DNA of 38,658 nucleotides. Source: Methylomonas sp. (lineage in GTDB: Bacteria; Pseudomonadota; Gammaproteobacteria; Methylococcales; Methylomonadaceae). The stretch spans positions 1-38,658 of the forward strand of contig JALSIU010000342.1 in NCBI GenBank assembly GCA_026989715.1, given 5' to 3'. Position 1 is the stretch's first letter. Each line of letters opens with the position of its first letter. Positions 20,293 through 27,777 of the stretch are shown piece by piece. The notes under the pieces were generated by a model. It was not told the DNA's origin, did no database searches, and saw nothing but the letters and a program-made list of their open reading frames with translations. Made by a program: the position numbers and the translations under genes.

Positions 20293-21042
20293 ATGACAGA
20301 TACGACTAAGAAAAGTACAAAAGTACGTAATCGTGGTATTTATTTACTACCTAATCTTTTTACTACTGGGGCTTTGTTTTCAGGTTTTTATGGCATTACC
20401 TCAGCCATTGATGGCCGTTTTGAAACGGCTGCTATGTTGATTTTTGTTTCTTTGGTCTTAGATGGTTTAGATGGACGTGTGGCGCGTATGACTAATACGC
20501 AAAGTGACTTTGGAGCCGAGTATGACAGTATGGCAGATATGGTGTCTTTTGCGGCTGCACCTGCTATTATTTTATATCTGTGGTCATTGGCTTCTTTAGG
20601 CCAAGCCGGGCTGATTGCTGCATTTGTACATTTGGCAGGCGGGGCTTTACGCTTAGCGCGTTTTAATACGCAATTGGCAACACAAGATAAACGCTATTTT
20701 CAAGGTTTACCAAGTCCTGCGGCCGCCGCCATTTTGGCCGGTTTGGTGTGGATTAGCGAAAAGTATCATTACGGTATCGATCAATTACCCTGGTTGGTAT
20801 TGGTGATGGCGGTTGCAACAGGTTTGTTAATGGTCAGTAACTTTCGATATTATAGTTTTAAAGATATAAACTTACGCGGTAAAGTGCCTTTTGTAGTCGT
20901 GATTGGCGTTATGTTGGGTTTTGCAATTACTTTATCTAACCCTGCAACGGTGCTATTTTTATTTTTCTTTGGTTATGCTTTATCAGGCCCTGTGATGACT
21001 GTGTTATTATTGCGCCGTAAACGTCAAGAGCGCATTAATTAA
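20293..21042 (+). CDS. pssA: CDP-diacylglycerol--serine O-phosphatidyltransferase
   Basis: RGIYLLPNLFT, DGLDGRVAR..S.FGAEYDSMADMVSF CDP-alcohol motif, LRLARFN, FQGLPSP; likely start ATG 20293. Confidence 0.95.
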   Translation: MTDTTKKSTKVRNRGIYLLPNLFTTGALFSGFYGITSAIDGRFETAAMLIFVSLVLDGLDGRVARMTNTQSDFGAEYDSMADMVSFAAAPAIILYLWSLASLGQAGLIAAFVHLAGGALRLARFNTQLATQDKRYFQGLPSPAAAAILAGLVWISEKYHYGIDQLPWLVLVMAVATGLLMVSNFRYYSFKDINLRGKVPFVVVIGVMLGFAITLSNPATVLFLFFFGYALSGPVMTVLLLRRKRQERIN

Positions 21043-21131
21043 TGAATATACAGTCTATCAATATCATAAACCAAGTAACCATTGTGAATCTTTATCTTTC
21101 CTCGCGTCGGCGAGACCTATATCTGCCCTGA
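21042..21131 (+). promoter_or_regulatory. Candidate leader peptide/attenuator upstream of leuA
   Basis: 29-aa uORF MNIQSINIINQVTIVNLYLSSRRRDLYLP starting in the pssA stop (TAATG). The stop codon lies in the loop of a TGCCC/GGGCA hairpin followed by pyrimidine-rich tracts. Confidence 0.45.
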
Positions 21132-21247
21132 TGGGCATATTCTCTTTGTATCTATTTTAACCCTCTTTTTCTAGTCTTTTGCAGGTTTAAGCCTGCGTTA
21201 TAATGATCGGCTGTTTGTTCAATAGCTCGATATGAATGGAATTTCTC

Positions 21248-22783
21248 ATGAAAGATAAATTAATAATTTTTGATACAACTTTGCGCGATGGTGAGCAAAG
21301 CCCCGGTGCGTCAATGACGCGTGATGAAAAAGTAAGAATTGCACGGGCTTTGGAGCGTCTAAAAGTTGATGTGATTGAAGCGGGTTTTCCTGCGGCCAGC
21401 GATGGTGATTTTGCGGCAGTGCAGGCAGTGGCAGAAACGGTTAAAAACAGTACCGTTTGTGGTTTGGCACGGGCTTTGGATCGTGATATAGATAGAGCAG
21501 GTGAAGCATTGAAGCCTGCGGAAAGTTCACGCATTCATACGTTTATTGCGACCTCGCCGATTCATATGCAGATGAAGCTAAAGATGTCGCCGGAGCAAGT
21601 CATTGAATATGCGGTGCGCGCTGTTAAACGGGCGCGTCAATATACTGATGATGTTGAGTTCTCTCCTGAAGATGCAGGTCGCTCTGAAGAGGATTTTTTA
21701 TGCCGTATCTTGGAAGCGGTTATTGACGCGGGGGCAACCACGCTAAATATTCCGGACACCGTCGGTTACAGTATTCCTGCTGATTTTGGTGCGATGATTG
21801 CCAATTTAAGACAGCGTATTCCTAATGCGGATAAAGCAATTTTTTCGGTACATTGTCATAATGATTTAGGCTTAGCGGTTGCTAATTCTTTATCGGCGGT
21901 GATAAATGGAGCGCGGCAGGTAGAATGCACCATTAACGGCTTGGGTGAACGTGCTGGAAATGCTGCATTAGAAGAAGTTGTAATGGCGATTAAGACGCGC
22001 CATGATGTGTTTACTTGTGATACGCGCTTGGATACGCGCGAAATAGTTACCTGTTCTAAATTGGTTTCTAGTATCACCGGCTTCCCTGTACAACCTAATA
22101 AAGCCATTGTTGGTGCCAATGCTTTTGCACATGAATCAGGCATTCACCAAGATGGGGTCTTAAAAAACCGTGAAACGTATGAAATTATGCGTGCTGAAGA
22201 TGTCGGTTGGTCAGCTAATCGAATGGTTTTGGGAAAACATTCCGGGCGTAGTGCTTTTAAAAGCCGTATGACGGAATTAGGTTTTGAATTTTCGAGTGAA
22301 TCGGAGTTAAACGATGCTTTTTATCGTTTTAAGCAATTAGCGGATAAAAAACACGAGATTTTTGATGAAGATTTACAGGCTTTAATTACCGAAGTTAGTG
22401 CTGAAACAGAAGAAGAGCATTTGAAGTTAATTGCTTTAAAAGTCTGTTCCGAAACCGGTGAAACGCCGAATGCAACAGTGACCGTGCTGGTCGGTGAGCA
22501 AGAGTTTACAGCTGATTCTGAAGGCAGTGGGGCGGTAGATGCCAGCTTAAAAGCAATTGATTCTATTGTTAACTCTGCAGCATCATTAGAGCTTTATTCT
22601 GTAAACAATATTACCAATGGCACGGATGCGCAAGGTGATGTCACCGTACGCTTAGAAAAGGCTGGGCGCGTTGTCAACGGCTTAGGGGCGGATACGGATA
22701 TTGTTATTGCTTCTGCTAAAGCCTATATTAATGCTTTGAATAAACTGGAAGATAAAGGGGTTAAAAAACACCCGCAAGTATAA
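21248..22783 (+). CDS. leuA: 2-isopropylmalate synthase
   Basis: [44 protein letters not shown]-terminal regulatory domain; likely start ATG 21248. Confidence 0.97.
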   Translation: MKDKLIIFDTTLRDGEQSPGASMTRDEKVRIARALERLKVDVIEAGFPAASDGDFAAVQAVAETVKNSTVCGLARALDRDIDRAGEALKPAESSRIHTFIATSPIHMQMKLKMSPEQVIEYAVRAVKRARQYTDDVEFSPEDAGRSEEDFLCRILEAVIDAGATTLNIPDTVGYSIPADFGAMIANLRQRIPNADKAIFSVHCHNDLGLAVANSLSAVINGARQVECTINGLGERAGNAALEEVVMAIKTRHDVFTCDTRLDTREIVTCSKLVSSITGFPVQPNKAIVGANAFAHESGIHQDGVLKNRETYEIMRAEDVGWSANRMVLGKHSGRSAFKSRMTELGFEFSSESELNDAFYRFKQLADKKHEIFDEDLQALITEVSAETEEEHLKLIALKVCSETGETPNATVTVLVGEQEFTADSEGSGAVDASLKAIDSIVNSAASLELYSVNNITNGTDAQGDVTVRLEKAGRVVNGLGADTDIVIASAKAYINALNKLEDKGVKKHPQV

Positions 22784-22822
22784 GGCTGGCTAGTTTGTTG
22801 TTCAGACAATTAAAATTTCATC

Positions 22823-23497
22823 ATGGATAACGCGACACGTTTGCAATATTTAGCTGCAATGGGTATTGATGTTTGGGTGCCGCGCTATGTTGAAGAGACA
22901 CAAATTGCCCCTCAAAACGTAGTGGTTGATGGTGATGGGGTGGGTGATGACTGGGATAGCTTAAATGCCAACATTACGGCTTGTCAGCAATGCGAATTAG
23001 GGAAAACTCGCCAACGAGCAGTTTTAGGTGCGGGTCATCAACAGGCTGACTGGATGTGGGTTACGGAAGCACCTAATGAAGCTGATGAACAGCAAGGCCA
23101 GCCCTTTTCTGATCATTGTGCCTTGCTGTTTACAGAAATGTTAAGAGCAATGCAATTAAGACGTGAAGAGATATTTATCACACATATTGTGAAATGCAGG
23201 CCACCTGCTGAGCGCGAACCTAAGCAAAGTGAATTAAGTGCTTGCGCGTCTTTTTTAGAACGTCAAATTGCTTTGGTGCAGCCTAAAATTATTATTGCCG
23301 TTGGCCGGATTGCCGCGCATAAATTATTGCAAAGTAAGGCCGCGTTATCTGAACTAAGAGAATCCAGTTATGAATTAGGTGGTATTCCTTTGGTCGTGAT
23401 GTATCATCCGGCCTATTTATTGCGTGCTTTAACGCAAAAAAGCAAAGCTTGGCAAGATATGCAACGAGCTTTAACTCTATTTGAAACAGTGAAATAA
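22823..23497 (+). CDS. Uracil-DNA glycosylase family 4-like protein with psi (HolD)-like N-terminal peptide
   Basis: CQQC..KCRPP..C Fe-S ligands and HPAYLLR motif B are present. Motif A is altered (TEAPN). N-terminus is RLQYLAAMGIDVWVPR. Confidence 0.8.
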   Translation: MDNATRLQYLAAMGIDVWVPRYVEETQIAPQNVVVDGDGVGDDWDSLNANITACQQCELGKTRQRAVLGAGHQQADWMWVTEAPNEADEQQGQPFSDHCALLFTEMLRAMQLRREEIFITHIVKCRPPAEREPKQSELSACASFLERQIALVQPKIIIAVGRIAAHKLLQSKAALSELRESSYELGGIPLVVMYHPAYLLRALTQKSKAWQDMQRALTLFETVK

Positions 23498-23499
23498 TA

Positions 23500-24054
23500 A
23501 TGATAAAAAAAGTATTGACTCAACTGAAAGGACTTGTAACGTATGATGCTGATCGTGAATTTTATGCCAAAGTATTTCCCGATACTTTAGACCCGGTGGC
23601 ACTGATGCGTTTCCGAAAAATGCGTAAAACTGATTTACCACGTGTCCTAGATATAGAAGGACAAGGATATAACTATCCGTGGAAGGTTGGTATTTTTCAT
23701 GATTGCTTAAAAGCTGCACATTATGATTGTTGGGTTTGTGAAAATACTGAAGATGAAATTATGGCATTTTGCATTGTTTCTACCGCCGTTGGAGAAGCTA
23801 CGGTGCTGAACCTTTGTATTGACCCTGTGATGCGTAAACAGGGCTTAGGGCGCAAGTTTATGGAGCATATTATAGAGTCTGCGAGAGCGAAAAAAGCAGA
23901 AAGTGTTTTTTTGGAGGTGCGCCCCTCTAACACAGGTGCAGTCGCTTTATATACCAGTATGGGATTTAACGAAATTGGCATTCGCCCAGGTTACTATAAG
24001 GCAGAAAATGGTACACGCGAAGATGCTTTGATGATGGCGTATACATTAATATAG
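23500..24054 (+). CDS. rimI: Ribosomal protein S18 alanine N-acetyltransferase
   Basis: GNAT motifs: GEATVLNLCI, RKQGLG, VFLEVRPSN..A..LY...GF, RPGYY, REDALMM; about 35-aa N-terminal extension. Confidence 0.92.
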   Translation: MIKKVLTQLKGLVTYDADREFYAKVFPDTLDPVALMRFRKMRKTDLPRVLDIEGQGYNYPWKVGIFHDCLKAAHYDCWVCENTEDEIMAFCIVSTAVGEATVLNLCIDPVMRKQGLGRKFMEHIIESARAKKAESVFLEVRPSNTGAVALYTSMGFNEIGIRPGYYKAENGTREDALMMAYTLI

Positions 24055-24075
24055 GCTTTAAGTTTATTATGAAGC

Positions 24076-24103
24076 TATGCAGGTAGTGCACAAAACCTGC
24101 ATA
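24076..24103. repeat. Perfect 9-bp inverted repeat after rimI (hairpin)
   Basis: TATGCAGGT-N10-ACCTGCATA; no immediate U-tract. Confidence 0.6.
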
Positions 24104-24487
24104 TCCCCCACCCTTTATTGTGCTCATTAAGTATTTTGTTTCTAAGGCTTATCTTGATTTTCGTGTTTTTATTGCCTTGTTGTTTTAAGAGTTTTGTACA
24201 TAGGTCGATACCTTAAGTGGGGTTAATAATCATTAGGGTATATGTTCCGTGTTTAGGTACGCTCGATTAATTATAATGCACGACTAATGATAGGGTGTTA
24301 GCATAGGCATTTTCTATGCTAGAGCCTAAAAAGGCACTATTTTTTAGATTGAAAAGTTCAGTGTGGTTATATTTTGTTAAAAAACCTTGAAGTCGCTCAA
24401 AAAATGGCGGTAAACATGCTTTTGGCGGAGTGATTTCATGTATTATGCATAACAGTATTTACTATTAATGTTTGTTTGGAGGAAGTA

Positions 24488-24850
24488 ATGGCGAGTATAT
24501 TGGCAGTTGATGATTCAGCTTCAATGAGACAAATGGTTTCTTTTACCTTAAAAGGTGCAGGTTATACGGTCGTTGAGGCAGTCGATGGTGTAGATGCACT
24601 GACTAAAGCACAGTCACAGAAATTTGATTGTGTGGTGACAGATGTCAATATGCCGAATAAAGATGGCATTACCTTAATAAAAGATTTACGTGCTTTACCG
24701 GATTATAAATTTATTCCTATGTTGATGCTAACCACTGAGTCAGGCATGGATAAAAAACAACAAGGTAAAGCAGCTGGTGCAACGGGGTGGATCGTAAAGC
24801 CTTTTAATCCTGATCAACTATTAAAAACAATCAAGAAAGTCTTAGGTTAG
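24488..24850 (+). CDS. cheY: Chemotaxis response regulator CheY (F7/CheY2 type)
   Basis: ILAVDDS, TDVNMP phospho-Asp, LTTES, GATGWIVKPF; GGAGG RBS favours ATG 24488. Confidence 0.93.
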   Translation: MASILAVDDSASMRQMVSFTLKGAGYTVVEAVDGVDALTKAQSQKFDCVVTDVNMPNKDGITLIKDLRALPDYKFIPMLMLTTESGMDKKQQGKAAGATGWIVKPFNPDQLLKTIKKVLG

Positions 24851-24857
24851 CCGATAC
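24831..24857 (+). promoter_or_regulatory. Putative sigma28 (FliA) promoter overlapping the cheY 3' end
   Basis: TCAAG (24831-35)-N14-GCCGATAC (24850-57), matching TCAAG-N14-GCCGATA. Confidence 0.65.
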
Positions 24858-25110
24858 AGGTATTATAGTTGTTCATTAAAGACCAATTTAGTTATACCAT
24901 GCTTCCTTGTTTGTTTATGTCATTTTACGGTTATTTTGGGAGAGTGGCAGTTAAGGCGTGATGGTTTGGTAATGCTCAAAAATAGGCTGGCTCCATAGGC
25001 CTTTTTCCATATGGTTGTGGCGCGATTTAAAGCTAGGATGTACTTGGGTATGATTGAATTATCTTAAAGGGTGGTGTTTGTTACTTCATTTATAGTGTGC
25101 AGGTTATTCA

Positions 25111-27201
25111 ATGTCTATTGATATGGCGCAGTTTCACCAAGTTTTTTTCGAAGAAAGTTTCGAAGGCTTGGATATAATGGAATCAGGGTTATTAAACCTG
25201 GATATGGGGGATGTAGACTCTGAAACGATTAATACTATTTTCAGAGCCGCTCACTCAATAAAAGGGGGGAGTGGTACTTTTGGTTTTAGTTCGGTTGCTA
25301 ATTTCACACATGTCATGGAGACCTTGCTTGATGAAATGCGCGATGGTCGCCGACAAGTAACGCAATCTGCGGTAGATGTTTTATTAGGTTCTGTCGATTG
25401 TTTGCGTGAAATGATGACCGCTATTCAGGATGAAAGCGAGGTCGATGAAGCACGTGTTGCTGAACATAAGCAGGCGTTAGAAACCGAGTTAAATGGTAGT
25501 GAAACGCCTGTCGTTAAAGAAGATTCTACTATTGCTCCTGAGCCTTCCTCTTCTATCCCCTCCAATGATGAGCCGACCATATCAGGATGGAAAATTTCTT
25601 TTTGTCCCCACACTGACTTACTAAAAACAGGGAATGATCCGGTACGTATGTTCCGTGAACTGGCAGAACTAGGAGATTTAGAGGTCATTGTCGATTTTCA
25701 AGGTGTCCCTACACTATTTGAGTTAGATCCTGAAGAGTGTCATTTATCTTGGACTTTAATACTGAAAGGTGATGTTGCCAGAGAAAGTATTGATGATATT
25801 TTTGACTGGGTTGAAGATGAATGTGACTTGTCGGTGCAATCTTTATCGGCTGCTCAAAGTGGCATTGACGAGGCGGCCACCGCAACAACGGCTTTAGAAA
25901 CGCAAGCACCTATTGAAGCACCAAAAAATTCCCCCTCGGCCAGTACAACAGAACAATCGGAAACACCGGCACCTGTCAAAACGCCGTCTAAAGATAAGGG
26001 CGCGTCCAAAGCAAAACCACCTGCTGCAAAAGCCTCCGGCTCCATTCGGGTTGATACCGGAAAAATTGATACTTTAATTAATATGGTTGGTGAACTGGTT
26101 ATTACGCAATCTATGTTAAGTCTGGTTGGTGAGCATTTTTCTTTAGATAAGTTAGATCAACTAAAGAACGGTTTAACACAACTTGAGCGACATACGCGTG
26201 AGTTGCAAGAAAGTGTGATGAATATCAGGATGTTACCTATTAGTTTTGTCTTTAGTCGTTTTCCACGTCTAGTTCATGACTTAAGTAATAAACTAGATAA
26301 AAAAATTGAATTAAAGCTGGTTGGTGAGCATACCGAAGTGGATAAAACGGTTGTTGAATTAATTAGTGACCCCTTGGTGCATTTAGTGCGCAATAGTTTA
26401 GATCATGGCATTGAAATGCCGGCAGATAGATTAGCGGCAGGGAAACCTGAGACCGGTACGGTCACATTAGAAGCATACCACCGTGGCGGTAATATTGTGA
26501 TTGAAGTCAAGGATGACGGTAAAGGGTTGAATAAAGATATGTTGCGCCAAAAAGCCATTGAAAAAGGTCTCATTGATGAAGGGACTGTTTTAACGGATAA
26601 GCAGTGTTACGAGTTGATTTTTATGGCGGGGTTTTCTACGGCTGAAGCAGTCACTGATGTTTCAGGGCGTGGCGTAGGCATGGATGTGGTGCGTAGAAAT
26701 ATTCAATCTTTAGGCGGAAATATTGAAATTATCTCTGAACTGGGTGTGGGTTCAACTATGGCTATTCATTTGCCATTAACCTTGGCCATTTTGGATGGTC
26801 AGTCCATTGCGGTTGGTGATGAAACTTATATTGTGCCTTTAGGTTCGATTATTGAATCCATTAATATCACCGATGATATGGTTAATCGTGTTGCCGGTAA
26901 AGGTGAAACGTTCCGTTTGCGTGATGAGTATTTGCCTATTGTACGTATGCACGATATTTTTCATGTCGAATCGGCTAAAGCCGTTAATTTAATAGAAGGT
27001 TTAATTGTTGTTGTAGAAGGCCAAGGGGTGCGTTGCGGTCTATTTGTTGATGATTTGCTTGGGCAACAACAAGTGGTGATTAAATCATTGGAAGCAAATT
27101 ACCGCTGTGTAGAAGGGGTGTCGAGTGCCACCATTCTAGGTGATGGTTCGGTGGGGCTTATCTTGGATATTCCCGGTTTAGTGCGTTTATCAAATCAATA
27201 G
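25111..27201 (+). CDS. cheA: Chemotaxis histidine kinase CheA
   Basis: P1 FRAAHSIKGG, dimerisation SIRVD..KID.LINMVGELVI, HLVRNSLDHG, DDGKG, GRGVGMDVV, CheW-like P5. Confidence 0.98.
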   Translation: MSIDMAQFHQVFFEESFEGLDIMESGLLNLDMGDVDSETINTIFRAAHSIKGGSGTFGFSSVANFTHVMETLLDEMRDGRRQVTQSAVDVLLGSVDCLREMMTAIQDESEVDEARVAEHKQALETELNGSETPVVKEDSTIAPEPSSSIPSNDEPTISGWKISFCPHTDLLKTGNDPVRMFRELAELGDLEVIVDFQGVPTLFELDPEECHLSWTLILKGDVARESIDDIFDWVEDECDLSVQSLSAAQSGIDEAATATTALETQAPIEAPKNSPSASTTEQSETPAPVKTPSKDKGASKAKPPAAKASGSIRVDTGKIDTLINMVGELVITQSMLSLVGEHFSLDKLDQLKNGLTQLERHTRELQESVMNIRMLPISFVFSRFPRLVHDLSNKLDKKIELKLVGEHTEVDKTVVELISDPLVHLVRNSLDHGIEMPADRLAAGKPETGTVTLEAYHRGGNIVIEVKDDGKGLNKDMLRQKAIEKGLIDEGTVLTDKQCYELIFMAGFSTAEAVTDVSGRGVGMDVVRRNIQSLGGNIEIISELGVGSTMAIHLPLTLAILDGQSIAVGDETYIVPLGSIIESINITDDMVNRVAGKGETFRLRDEYLPIVRMHDIFHVESAKAVNLIEGLIVVVEGQGVRCGLFVDDLLGQQQVVIKSLEANYRCVEGVSSATILGDGSVGLILDIPGLVRLSNQ

Positions 27202-27213
27202 TATGAAATCGTT

Positions 27214-27735
27214 ATGGAACAAGAAACTGTTATACCGGAAGACATAGACGAAAAAAAACTTGAAAATTTAGTACAGTTTTTAAGCTTTACCTTAGGCGAT
27301 GAAGAGTATGGGGTCGATATTTTAAGTGTTCAAGAAATACGTAGCTGGGAACCTGTTTCCAGAATACCCAATGTGCCGAGCTACGAAAAAGGCGTAGTTA
27401 ATTTGCGTGGGGCAATTGTCCCTATTATCGATTTGCGTGAACGCTTTAATTTGGGACATTCAGAATATACTAGCTTAACGGTTGTGGTGGTATTACAAGC
27501 CATACTCAATGGCCAAAGTCGTACGATGGGCGTTGTAGTTGATTCGGTATCTGATGTTATCCATGTTGATAAACACACAATTCAAAGTGCGCCTGATTTT
27601 GGCACAAAAGTCAGTACCGAATTTATTAATGGTTTGGCATCAGTGAATCAGCGTATGTTGATGTTGCTGGATGTAGAGAAATTACTTAAATTGGATGGCG
27701 TGGATGATATTGATACACACGATGAGGAATATTGA
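27214..27735 (+). CDS. cheW: Chemotaxis coupling protein CheW
   Basis: QFLSFTLGDEEYGVDILSVQEI, GVVNLRGAIVPIIDLR, VDSVSDV. Confidence 0.96.
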   Translation: MEQETVIPEDIDEKKLENLVQFLSFTLGDEEYGVDILSVQEIRSWEPVSRIPNVPSYEKGVVNLRGAIVPIIDLRERFNLGHSEYTSLTVVVVLQAILNGQSRTMGVVVDSVSDVIHVDKHTIQSAPDFGTKVSTEFINGLASVNQRMLMLLDVEKLLKLDGVDDIDTHDEEY

Positions 27736-27777
27736 AATGATGAATATTAATAAATTGAGTAGCGGGGAGAATGCATA

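Noticed and set aside
24899-24961. 20-aa ORF MLPCLFMSFYGYFGRVAVKA between cheY and cheA
   Set aside because: No RBS and no similarity to STAS; consistent with chance.
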